This document shows, piece after piece, positions 11,901-23,496 of a stretch of DNA of 64,000 nucleotides. Every line of letters begins with the position of its first letter. Positions within the stretch are counted from its first letter, which is position 1. This DNA comes from Tetramitus jugosus. Its lineage: Eukaryota; Protista; Heterolobosea. The stretch covers positions 310,001 to 374,000 of the forward strand of contig OW569363.1 of NCBI GenBank assembly GCA_937625935.1. Reading direction: 5' to 3'. The notes beneath the pieces were generated by a model. That model was given only the letters and a program-made list of their open reading frames with translations, had not been told where the DNA came from and did not search any database. A program made the translations under genes and the position numbers.

Positions 11901-12206
11901 ACTGAAATGTTCAGATTTTGATTTGAGGAATACCCAATGATTCTCTCGAGAGAGCTGGGAAGATTTGATTCATTTTTCACTCCGAATTCTCCTTTTCTTA
12001 TGGGAAGCATTTTGAGATATGGTGAGGTTGACCAAAATTGCCTTGTCAATACCTTCTTGGTCTCGTGAGACCGGAAAATGGGTCCAATTTAGGAGTGCGG
12101 ACACCCAGGTGCAGACGAGACACCTCCTGTTTCATCGTTGCTCTTCACAGACAACACACACCAACTCAACTCAGAAACCTTCTGAAAAAATCATTGAAGT
12201 CCAAAC

Positions 12207-13628
12207 ATGCATTCTTCGCAAACTGTCATCGTTGACGATTATGTGTTCCCCCTCAGTGGCCTCCTATCCCGTAAGTTGTTGATTTGTCTGAGCTACTTGA
12301 AAGATAATTGACTTTCGACTCACCACTCTTTTACGCATGTGCTAACAACAAAACATCTATCCTGTATCACAACAACAACAGGTACTGAGAGTAGAGAGTG
12401 CCTCAGGTCATATCTGATTGCCCAGAAGAATGTTGAGCAATTGGAATTTTTGGAAGCAATAGAGCAACTGGAGGTGCGTTCGAGAGCATCCAGGACAACA
12501 ATTGGATCGATTCGTCCCCATCTCCTATCCATTGTTCGCACATTTTTGGACCATGATTCTGTCAAGGAGGTAAATTTGTCACACAAGGACAAAATTCAAC
12601 TGAAAGCTATGCTTGAAGTGTTGTTGAACTCTCCAGATGATGAACGAGTTACAAAGAGGTCAATCAGAGAAGCATTCAGGAACGTGAGAACGATTATTGA
12701 GACAGAGATGACCAGTGAAGTTATACCAAGATTCCTCCGGTCCAATGAGTGGAACTTTCTGGTTACTAGAATAGGGACATCGTTTATTCGAGAACTGGGC
12801 TGTCCAAAACACAACATGGACTTTTCAGACGAGGACTTTTATGATCCTGTCGTAACTGTGAAGGATATCAATTTTGCAAAGAATATCATTCAAGAGACCA
12901 ACGATTGGAAGCTGTCAGGATTCAATCGAAAACAAAATATACAGTGCTTCAAGTCCAAGAGTATGCCTAGGTTTCTGCGAAATGTTTCCTGGCCCCACGG
13001 TTGCCTCAAATATTCTGGTATCCTTTCAATTCCTTTCGAAGTATGCAACCATTTCATGATGCATGTGTGCTACAGGAAGGAGTTTGATCGAATGGTAAGG
13101 GACGTAACTCTTCTAGAACATTATTCTCATGAAGAATTAGTCGCCATGTATCCAGAGAAGAAACTCTTGGAAGGAACTACATGTTCTGTCATTGACTCTG
13201 ATGTTGACTTTGGGCCAATATTTCTTCGCAGACAATCCATCAATGTTCTTACTGCCATCTGGGATGTGAAAGGAAACCAAGCCCTCATGATAGCCAAGCC
13301 ATGCTATCATCCAAACCTCGGGTCAGATGGAAGATGTGTATATCAAAATTTTTCAATTTGTTCACTGGAGAAACTTGATGACCACAGAACCAAGTATACC
13401 CAGATTCATATCCTTAATTTAGGAAGTTCAGTAGCAAACAAGTCTCTGACCTTCCTTGCATGCCAGAGAGCAAAGAACTTGGAGTATTGGTTGACCAAGT
13501 GTCTTCAAACAAAGGTTTCACATCCAATACCCTCGAACTGCCTACTTGATCCTGTTATGAAATGTTATCATGACTACAAACTGTTCATGGAGCGAAAGGC
13601 TCATGCAACAACAGAAAATCAAAAATAA
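12207..13628 (+). CDS. RGS domain + START-like domain protein; exons 12207-12270, 12382-13628
   Basis: Phase-1 GT-AG intron with a GCTAAC branch site gives LSGLLSRTESRECLRSYL...EQLEFLE...EVNLS...IPRFLRS (RGS); C-terminal half is START-like (RKEFDRMV, LEKLDDHRTKYTQI). Confidence 0.75.
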
Positions 13629-14043
13629 ATAATCATCGCTTTTTATTCTCTCCTAAAGGTTCTTTTTACCCAGTTGGTCAACTATCGGAGAAATAACTTC
13701 CGATAAATCCTATCGTATTCGATCCCGTCCTTGGTTCGCACGCGAACTGTGGCGCTTAAAGGAAGGAGATCTGGTCGTGAAAAAACCAAACAACAAAGAG
13801 ATAATACTAAAGAACACCAAAAATTTTTGAAAGAACAACTTTTGGAGTGACACAGAAACAAACAACCTGTACATACCAACGACAAACCAATCAACCATCA
13901 CTTACGACTTTGAAATCTCCTTTTTTTGAAACTCCGTAACTCAAACCTGACTCCCAGATTTTTTCTCCCGAGAACACACCTGAACCGCAACTCCAACTGC
14001 ACGCAACGTAGACAGCTTACCTTATCCCTACAAATCAGAAACA

Positions 14044-15264
14044 ATGATAAGAAGTCAACAACAAAAGATTGCTTCCCTTTTACACACAATTCACAAGAGC
14101 TCTGCTGTTGCAAGCCGAGCCAGTTGTGCAACAACACTCCCTGAACAAAAACAACGCGTACCTGTACTGGGAATATCACTGTTGAGTGTGAGAAGGTTTT
14201 CGTTCACACACGAGTATGACGATGTGAACAATAACAACAACGAAGAACAAGACCTCTCCCCTAAACAACAACAACAACAACAACAAGGATATCCATCGTC
14301 ATCCCTATTCTCTGCATCGTCGGTAATATCCTCCCGTGGTCATCAAAACCGTGAAGCTCGTTCCATGTCATTGAACGACGTGTCCATTGGTCGATTTTCT
14401 CTGCCTGACCACGCACACACCATTCAACACTTGATTCTTGAGTCAAAGTTTGCTTATGCCAAGGCTCTACTCACCCGAATTCAATACTATTTGGAGTTTG
14501 AGTGGACAGACAATGATAGTAGCGAAGATAACATGACAAACGACAACACTCATCATTATCAACACTCTAAGCTAATGATGATGATGACGATGACGAAAAC
14601 AACAGACAACAGCTACAATGTTGAAAATAGTCAACGTGACTGGTTAGAGTGGTCAGTGTACACTGCGAGACAATTGGCCGGTGTTTGTCATGAGATGGGT
14701 GATGATCAAGAAGCTTTGGAGCAGTGCAACAAGGTGTTTGAACTGGAGCGTCAGTGCAAGAAGATGAACATGTTGGAAGACGTGTTTTGTGAGCTGAATT
14801 TTGTCAGTGCTGTCAAAGCAGAGATCTTGGCCACAAGAGGAGAGATGGACAAAGCTCTCAAGTGGCAGAATTTTCTTGTAGAGAACCGTTTGAGAAAAAA
14901 GTTGCGCTCGCTCAACTTTCATCACTATGATCCTCAATTTAGGAAGTTGTTGAGAAGGACGATGGGATTGGAGTTGGCAACCAGAGGAAAGATTTTGATG
15001 GCCATGGGAAGGATGGACGATTCGCTCAAAGACTTTTCAGAGAGTTTGCAGTTTGAAAGTCAACACGATAGAGATGGACAAACATTGCTTCTCAGATCAA
15101 AGGTGTACTTTATGAAACAGGAGTATCGATTGGCGCTGCTAGATGCACAAAAATGCCTCTTTGATTCCTCCATGAATCAATACACTCAAAATCAAGCTAG
15201 ACTGGTGATGGATGAGTGTTTGAATGCTATGAGAAACTATCAATCTCTTCACCGTGAAGAATAA
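14044..15264 (+). CDS. TPR-repeat protein, probably mitochondrial
   Basis: TPR-like helices (ALEQCNKVFEL; RGKILMAMGRMDDSLKDFSESL; RSKVYFMKQEYRLALLDAQKCL); presequence-like N-terminus. Confidence 0.7.
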   Translation: MIRSQQQKIASLLHTIHKSSAVASRASCATTLPEQKQRVPVLGISLLSVRRFSFTHEYDDVNNNNNEEQDLSPKQQQQQQQGYPSSSLFSASSVISSRGHQNREARSMSLNDVSIGRFSLPDHAHTIQHLILESKFAYAKALLTRIQYYLEFEWTDNDSSEDNMTNDNTHHYQHSKLMMMMTMTKTTDNSYNVENSQRDWLEWSVYTARQLAGVCHEMGDDQEALEQCNKVFELERQCKKMNMLEDVFCELNFVSAVKAEILATRGEMDKALKWQNFLVENRLRKKLRSLNFHHYDPQFRKLLRRTMGLELATRGKILMAMGRMDDSLKDFSESLQFESQHDRDGQTLLLRSKVYFMKQEYRLALLDAQKCLFDSSMNQYTQNQARLVMDECLNAMRNYQSLHREE

Positions 15265-15371
15265 TGGACCGTGGCTCTGTGTATTCATGCAATAATGAAT
15301 GTATATTAAATGTAAATATGTAAATGTGTCAGCACGTGTGATTCTTTTTGCACTTTGACAGGCCGATGATT

Positions 15372-18300
15372 TTATTGACTTCCGTCAAAATCCTTGCTGG
15401 CCAGCTCCAAGCTCATCTCCGAGCCGGCCATGTATTCTTCATAAAATGAAGTTCCAGTGAAGCGAGTGTACGTGTCTGATAAATTGGCAATGCTTGCATC
15501 GTATAGGCCATTCAAAGCCTGGCATACATCGTCCTTGTTGTCAAGAGAGGCTTTCCTGACAGCACTCATCCTCTTTCTTATTCTAGCCGATATATTTACT
15601 TGTCTATCACTGCCATCGGCAATGTACTTTTCATACAAGTCATCTACTATCTTGCGAACCTCCTCTGACTCCATACTACAGATATTTCGTTCTCTAATCT
15701 TTGAAAGCTCAGACCACAAAAGCAGATTTTCAAGAGAATGTTCAGTTTGACAATAATCAAAGAACAATTCATAACCCCTCTTCGATGATATCATGCTCAA
15801 CACGAGATCTTCTCCTTTCTTCTCTAATCTTGTGTATTCATTGTTCATTTTGTGATATCTTGTGTAGTTGTATATTGCACCAACCACCACTAAGCCACCA
15901 AAAGCAAGAATTTCAAGCAACACTAGTGCAATCTCCAACACACTTCTCGCAATCGAAATGGATGAATAAGCAGGTAGATCTTGTACCACTGTTGCTATTC
16001 CTAAACTATGAACAATTATGATCAGGATCGCGCACACTGACACTATGATTGACTGAGAACGAAACAGCAGAGGATCCCACGCGAGAAAACTTGAAATAGT
16101 GAAGCGAACAGATGACTTTCCTTCATGTCTACTCGTTCTTCGAAATCCGAGCAGAATATCAACTGTGAACGCAGTTACTATACCAAAAGATATCACGATC
16201 ATCAAAATGGAGTAACAAACTACTTGACCAATCACAACTTTGTTCCTTTGTGTTTTCCAGAGAGAAATGTTGCTATTGTAGTGAGCAGCTACTCCTACAA
16301 ACACAGCGAATATTGCAGTAACTAGTCCTAGGCAAATCATGGAAGAACTTAAAAATACTCGCCTGGACGAGAAAAGCCTTAAGAATCGTGCCCGCTTCAC
16401 TCGCTTGCTCTCATTTGTTGCCATGATGGAATAAATATTTTGCAACAAGATATATCGAACCTGCTGCCACAAAAATATGTACAAAGCTGTCACTGTCAAC
16501 CCATTGCTGATGATCATGATGAAATAAGAAAATATATCTGACGCACTGAACTTGTTCGCAAGGGACAGAGCATTTCTGATCCATCCTTGCAGTATCGCAT
16601 CGACTAAGCAAGCACCGATTCCAAAATAATGAGAGATGAACCTAGACTTGATGGGTTGTTGATTTCGACCAACAACCAACCCAATAAGAACTAAGCACTC
16701 TAATACAACGAAAAGAGAGTTAAATACAATGTCTACAATCTTTGAGGCTTGACTACTTCTCGAGTTAGGATTGGAACCACTATCAAGAACGAATGCCGAA
16801 AAACTTGTCGTATGGTTGCACCCACATCTGATAATGCCGTCAGAAACTCTGATAAGGGAGCACCCGTCCCCTTTCCATCGGCTCTCTACAGTATTCCAAT
16901 ATCGACATACAATTGTGCCATTAAGTGCTATGTCTTCCTGAAATTTAAAATCAATTAGAATGGGCTCAAACAAGTCTCTTACGACAAGTAATGAATGGTT
17001 CTCTCTCCTGAACTTAATATCAAGCACTGGACCGACTTTAGTGTCGTTGGAAGCCGCGTAAGGAGTCTTATGAAATACTAACAATGTGTAGGAGAGGACT
17101 GAGACATTTAACTCCGAACCAAATTGATTTGACAGAGAGAAACCATTATCAATTGATGGAGCATATATTTTCTCTTTGGATAATCGCTCAGCCAGATCAA
17201 TCCTCGTGCTGAATTCAAAGTTTGTTGTTGATATATTAGTGGCAGGATCTGAGACCCCCTTCTTGATGAGTACAACATCTGACAAACCGCTAGCAACGCT
17301 TAGGACCAGATCACTGGATACTTGACTCCTCGCCTGATCGTCGATCACATTCGAAATAACATTTGCTATTTTTTGGTTATTCTCTGTATTGATAAACTCT
17401 TCAAACGAACCATTCAACTTGACTTGGTTAATAATGTTGAGCAAGCTTGTTAGAGCTAGGTTTTTGTGAGAGGCGCTGAGAATAGTTGAGTTTTTGGTTA
17501 TCAAATCAACCACCAACAACTGCTCTTCAGCAATTTCAACTGTCGGTGCCATTTCAGAAGCGCGCTCTAAAATTTTAGTAATAAGTGTCTGTTTTGTTTG
17601 AACATCTGAACTCGTGGAAACAGACACTTGACTCGCAACCATAACTATATCTGAGAATTGTGTTGAGTTCAACAATTGCTCTACCTGACCTGTTCCATTA
17701 TTAGGCAAAACAGTTACATTCTGTGTGAAAGAACCAGTGTACCCATTATCCAAATTAAGAGCTTCAACCATAAGTAGTAGTTGATAGTTATTAGTCGAAT
17801 CTCCAGGAGGTAGTATCAATGACATTGTTTGATTATTCACTCCTGTTTTCAGCACTTGATATCTTTGTTGCAGGTAGCTGTAATAGGAAAGTGTGAGATA
17901 ATAATTCGCCACAGCTGACTGATCGTTCCCTTGGACTGAGAATTGATCCTGCAAGCTAAGCCCTGAAAGAGGGACAATTGATATCTCTTTGGAGAGTTGG
18001 AAATGGCTTTCATCACTTGTTCGAACAGCAAAGGTTCGAGTAATATTAAATTGTCTTTCTGCTTTGACACTAACTGTGAGTATAATGTTGTAGGTCGTGT
18101 TAGGTAAGATACCAGTAAGAGTATTAGGTTCAATCACGAGAGTTGAGAGATCGGTATCACTTAATATGCGTGAATTCACATCTTCGGGAGCTAAATCATG
18201 ACCCTCTTTTGTAATCTTGTAGCTCCATGAATACGCTAGTTGCCTTGGGGTTACTGAAGTGAAATTTGCTCTGATAATGGTCGCCTTCATGCGATTCAGA

Positions 18301-20057
18301 GTTACAACAGTGCTTGAATTGACCGTGTTTGAAGAAACAAACACATCAAAACAGGTTTTACAGCTATCATCCAATTGTCCTCGAAGACACAATTCTGAAT
18401 CGTAACACTTTGGAAGGGAGCAGTTACTTGTAATGAATCCCTCATAGCACTCACATACACCAGGAGCTATACAAACTCCGTGGCCAGAACAAGTATCATC
18501 GGCAGTTGCTGCCTTCCCGAAACAAACAGGATATGAACAACGACTACCAGACCAATCTGTGTCACAGAAACATGAATCTGGATTGACACACAACCCATGA
18601 CCAGAACATACAGATTCGTTGCTGAACAATACGTTATCACAATAGTATTGAGAGCAATCTAATCCACTATAATTTGTATCGCAGAAGCAGGAGCCAGAAC
18701 CCAAACATGATCCACGAGAGTTACAAGTAAGAATGTTGTCATATCTAATTCTTTGACATTCCCAATGAGAAATAGCAAATAAGCTGAATGCTGATGAGGG
18801 ATAAACAGCAGAAAACTTGGTTTTGAATGCAACAGGCTCATAGATTCTTGTGAGAGAGCTGGATGTTTGAATCAATCCATTTCCAAGTTGTGAATTGCTG
18901 TTATATCCCCATCCATAAAGTGTCCCATTAGAACTGATTGCAAACCCTGAATAAGTGAAAGTTCCAAAATGCACAGATTGTATCACAATTGGTAATGAAA
19001 CCAGTAGAGGGCCAGCAACAGTGCGAGCAGGTGATCCATCACCAAGCTCCCCTTCGTAATTGGATCCCCAGAAAAAGGTTTCTCCTGTGTCCGCTATTGC
19101 CATCATGGTATTGGTCATGGCGGCAATTGTAGTTATCGTTTTGTTTGACATGACCCCCTGAACTCTCGTTAGAGAGGTCACGGTGGACAGTTCACCTATA
19201 CCTACTTGTCCCAGAGTAGAGTCTCCACAGCACCACACTTGTCCATTCGTATACAACACACAGAAATTATTTAGGCCAGACTTTACGTCCTTAATAACGT
19301 TGGATCCAATATCAACTTGTACGGGCACTGAACTGTTTCCACCAATGTATCCTAAACCAAGCTGTCCGTTTCCATTCTCCCCCCAAGAATATAACGCTGA
19401 GGAAGACCATGCCAGTGAATGTCGATCTCCACAAGCTAAATGATCCATACTTGTTAGATTGATCTTTGTTGGAAATGGTCTATCACCAAAGTCTCCAGTG
19501 CCTAACATCCCAGAGTAGCTGATTTGGAATGCTGCCCCCCAAGTATACACAGTACCGTCGGAGTCTAGTGCCATTGTATGGAAACCACAGCAAGCGATTG
19601 ACTTAATTGTCTTGTTGGTCAAATCTCCTGTATTTAATTTGAATGGTGTTGTTCGATCGAAAGATGTACCATCTCCTAGATTCTTGTAAGAATTTGAGCC
19701 CCACATGTAGAGTGAACCATTTACAAGAGCACCTGAATGAGATCGCCCTGAAGAAATCATTTGCACTCCACTGGAAAAGGCTTTGAAGTAAGGAATTTCT
19801 GTGATGTTTTTCAGAACATTGTCAGGACTGGGAACACCTCTCAACGAGGGACTGGCACCCACAGCATAGACATAATTGGAACCAAAGGAATCACTATTAG
19901 CTACAGAGAGTGGACAGTCAGAGGGAGAACATTAGATCAAACCAGAATTTGGTGAATACTGTATGAAGCAAAGAAGCTACTTACCGCTGACACTGCCGAG
20001 CAGTAACCAACTGAAAAGAAATAAACTGGTCAGCACGAACAGGAGAGAGTGTGACAT
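15372..20057 (-). CDS. Adhesion-type 7TM-RGS receptor: signal peptide, RCC1 repeats, EGF repeats, REJ-like region, GAIN/GPS, 7TM, RGS; exons 20057-19985, 19900-15372
   Basis: An 84-nt GT-AG intron adds signal peptide MSHSLLFVLTSLFLFSWLLLGSVS; RCC1 repeats (WGxNxxGQLG), CSGHGxC EGF repeats, GPS motif CRYW...W...GC...CGCNHTTSF, hydrophobic helices, RGS motif FFDYCQTEHSLENLLLW...QVNIS. Confidence 0.85.
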
Positions 20058-20330
20058 GATTGTTTGCTACTAAAAGTTTTGTGCTTAGTCTCAAGTAGGT
20101 GAAATGAAGCCACCCAAAGCGACCACATCAACTGTCGCAGGAAAATTCAAAGGTGACATGTTCGAGTCAGAAATCTGTCTCCTGTCTTTTGGGAAAGCTC
20201 CTCCTGCGTCGCAACCCGCGATGGCATTCTTATGGAAATGTAGAGAATCGAAGAGTCAAACAAATTATATGAAAAGAGCGAACTAGGCAATAGATGTGTA
20301 TCCATTCGGTAAATGGAGGATCATTCATTT

Positions 20331-20864
20331 TTACTTTTTGGATTTTGGTTTCACTGGCTTTGGGGGATCGACAGCACCACCAGCCTATCAATTTTATATG
20401 AACAACAGATAACATGCAGACAGCCAAAGAAGAAGAATTGAAAATATGCTCAGCAAAAATAGTTCACAAATAACAAAAATGGGAATTGAACAACACTTAC
20501 ATCAATGAGAGCAATCTCAAATTCTGGGATTCTTGGTCTGAGATATCTTGCGGGGGTGTCCTTGAAGGATAGAGCTTGGCTACCACTCGATGTCGATGGT
20601 GCAGCGTTGTTGCTTGTAAACTTTTGTGTGCTGCTTGAGGTGAGTGAATGTACATTTGGTGTGGCAACTGTTGCGTATTGCATGCGTATACACCGATCAA
20701 AATTGTAGTCGGACGGTTGTTCCAAATGGCGGGAAAACAAAAAAGCGAGAGATCAGAATGAGAAAATGAGATTCGATCAATCCAATAGCTTTGGAGATAA
20801 TAAGCATACCAGCTGGGAATGGACGCTTTCCGTAACGGAATTGAATCATTGGTACTCTAACCAT
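20331..20864 (-). CDS. KGD4/MRPS36-like 2-oxoglutarate dehydrogenase adaptor; exons 20864-20810, 20667-20501, 20384-20331
   Basis: Two phase-compatible introns give MVRVPMIQFRYGKR...PARYLRPRIPEFEIALIDAGGA, with the N- and C-terminal motifs of the family. Confidence 0.8.
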
Positions 20865-21029
20865 GGTTTCGTTTGTTTTCAATTTTTGTGTTGGGGTGCT
20901 CTAATTTTCCTACTCGCCGCAACAAGTTGTTCCTCCAAGACCGCATCGGGGTATCATTACAAATGATGCATTTTTGCTCCATTTTCTCCTCTCAAACAAA
21001 AAGCAAGCATTATTTTTTCCCATAGTACA

Positions 21030-21500
21030 ATGATAAGAGCTGGTGCAAAGAAACTGACAACAAACGCCTTGCGATCATCGCACACCACAACCGCAACTAC
21101 ACCGACTGTAACTCATAGATGTTATGCCAGAGCCCAGATTGATGAAGAATCTCACTCTGACAAGGGTCTCCTAACAGCAGCCATGAAGGACTACATGAGA
21201 AAGACTAAATTTGCGCATTTGAACACTAGAAAAACACCTCATGACTTCCAAAAGGACAAGGCACTTGCCGATCAATACAGTTTCCAAATTAATTTGCGCA
21301 AAACGAAATTCAGGGCTGAATTGAAGAAGAGAGCTCAGTTGAAGGAGAAGGCACTTCAATCAATGCCATTGGAGTTGAGAACAGAAGCAGTGAAAATCGA
21401 CTACAGTCAATGGCCAGTGTTGTTGCAACCTGTGCACTATGTTTTGCCAGCACAAGAAGGATTCCGATTGCCAGACGAACCTGCAAAGAACGAATTGTAA
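21030..21500 (+). CDS. Mitochondrial ribosomal protein mL40-like
   Basis: Presequence; C-terminal ALQSMPLELRTEAVKIDYSQWP...LPAQEGF resembles the mL40 motif. Confidence 0.65.
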   Translation: MIRAGAKKLTTNALRSSHTTTATTPTVTHRCYARAQIDEESHSDKGLLTAAMKDYMRKTKFAHLNTRKTPHDFQKDKALADQYSFQINLRKTKFRAELKKRAQLKEKALQSMPLELRTEAVKIDYSQWPVLLQPVHYVLPAQEGFRLPDEPAKNEL

Positions 21501-21750
21501 ACTTGCCACCTCCTTCTTTTCAATCAAAACCTCTTTTCACCAACAAACAACAAAAAGAATATTTTTTTTTATTGGCGTGAGTTGTGTGTCTTATTGTCGA
21601 TCAACACAACAGACTCTCAATTTTGTTCGTGTGTGCTCACTCCAGAGAGAGCTTCAAGACTAGAAAAAAAAAGCGAGATCAGCAATGATCATTGTTGCTT
21701 CCTCTCTCCACGGTCTCTTTTCGTGTTTGAATCATAGTGAATCAACGAGC

Positions 21751-22053
21751 TTAGAATCCCAAGCCTCCAGACTCAATCTTCTTTTGGAAAGCAGCAGCTA
21801 CTCTCTGTGAGTGCTTCACGTACTTGAGTCCACATTGCTTGAGGCACGCATGCTCAGTAGTAGAGATCTTGTTTGTTGTCAGATCGGTCACACACTTTTC
21901 AAAACAAGTATAGTTAACCAAATTCAAAATACCAAAAGCTTCCTTCATTTGAAGCTCTTGCATCTGAGCCATTTGTTGTTGTCTTTGGAACTCAGCTTGT
22001 TGTTGCTGTTGTTGCATTGCTTGGAATTGTTGATATCTTTGGTTGCTCTGCAT
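21751..22053 (-). CDS. Small Tim chaperone (Tim9-like)
   Basis: Twin CX3C motif: CFEKC...EHACLKQC, followed by KYVKHSQRV. Confidence 0.85.
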   Translation of the reverse strand: MQSNQRYQQFQAMQQQQQQAEFQRQQQMAQMQELQMKEAFGILNLVNYTCFEKCVTDLTTNKISTTEHACLKQCGLKYVKHSQRVAAAFQKKIESGGLGF

Positions 22054-22466
22054 TTTGTGTTTTTGATTGATGGTACGAGTCTGTCAGTTACTTGTTGTTT
22101 ATTTGTTGTTGTTGTGGGAAGATGTTTTTTGTTGCTATTTGCGCGCTCGTGTGAATTTTCGGGAAAATAAGGATATTTTGCCGGGAAGTACGGTTTTCAT
22201 TTCATGAGGGATTGGATGAAAGATAAGACTTCTAGCGGGTTGCTATAGCTGTGCTTTAAATTACAAGTTCATTTTGCCAGTTCTAGAAAATAGAGCCTTG
22301 GAACAGGATCAATTCACGGATACAACTAAGAGCCAAGGTCGCGTTTACCTCATGACAGTTTCGTCGACAAATATGATTTGGAGGAGTTTATTGAACTGAT
22401 TTCGGAATAAAGATAAAAGTTGGAAGTAGACTAACGATTAGTCTTTCATGAAAACAAAAGAATCGT

Positions 22467-23480
22467 ATGAGTTTACCAACCAAGAAGAAACTTACCCCAG
22501 TTGGAACTCGATTTAACAAAGATCGAGTAATCTTGGGGAAATCTAACATCGATGATGTAGAGTTCAAAGCAACACTTAACAGAGCACAACTATCCAAGAT
22601 CAGTCGTTCCAATCCTCACTTATCACAGACCAATAATGAGTCTTTTGCCACAATAAAGCTGAAACAACCTACATTGGACCTCATTCAAAGCCAAAATCGC
22701 AGGGATATCACACATTCAAAGCTTAGAACAATAGATGATGTATTGACATTTCACAACTTTAAGTGCAAGCCGAAACAGCAACTGCCTTACTTTGATGACT
22801 CCCTGACCAACAAAATCTCGGGTACTGACAGTTTAACTTATCGAATGGATACTATACCTGGAGGAACAGAAAGTTTCTTAACTTCATCTTTGAGCTACCC
22901 TCTCTGGAAACATGATTGGCAAGCAAAGAATGAGAATACCCTATCTATTACATCAAGAGAACTAGAGGGGTACTATTCACGCGATCTCTCTTCAACTTTG
23001 TCAAGCATGAAAAACCTTGATCAAGATACTCTTCATTTCGCTTCATTACCTCAAGAATCTCTTGATGTGTCAAAACTGAGCCATTGGGATAGACTTCCAA
23101 AACCAAAGTTAAGGTACGGACGAACAACCTTCCCTGACACCACCGGCAATACTGAACCAATTCCTGAAGTACATTATTCCGAGTCTGCTCGATTCTTGAG
23201 AAAGACTCTGGATCGATATAATTTTGAGAATGAAGTGTACAAAGAAGACAGAGCTAAAACAATAAGGCTACTAGATTCTCGGCTCAAGAAACGCAGAGAC
23301 GTTCTTGAAAAGGTCGAGGAATCAATTTGGAGGATGGACGATATGGCAAGGACGAGAAATATAGCCCGCGACCGTTCATTGAGGAATCAAGCTGTATCAT
23401 ACGTAGATCGTGTAAACAAAAGAGACAAGTACCGGAAATATAATACTGTAGCAGTGTTGCTCAACTCTCAGATAGAATAA
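22467..23480 (+). CDS. Hypothetical protein
   Basis: 337 aa ORF filling the space between neighbouring genes; no recognised domain. Confidence 0.55.
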   Translation: MSLPTKKKLTPVGTRFNKDRVILGKSNIDDVEFKATLNRAQLSKISRSNPHLSQTNNESFATIKLKQPTLDLIQSQNRRDITHSKLRTIDDVLTFHNFKCKPKQQLPYFDDSLTNKISGTDSLTYRMDTIPGGTESFLTSSLSYPLWKHDWQAKNENTLSITSRELEGYYSRDLSSTLSSMKNLDQDTLHFASLPQESLDVSKLSHWDRLPKPKLRYGRTTFPDTTGNTEPIPEVHYSESARFLRKTLDRYNFENEVYKEDRAKTIRLLDSRLKKRRDVLEKVEESIWRMDDMARTRNIARDRSLRNQAVSYVDRVNKRDKYRKYNTVAVLLNSQIE

Positions 23481-23496
23481 ACCCTTTCCTGAATAT

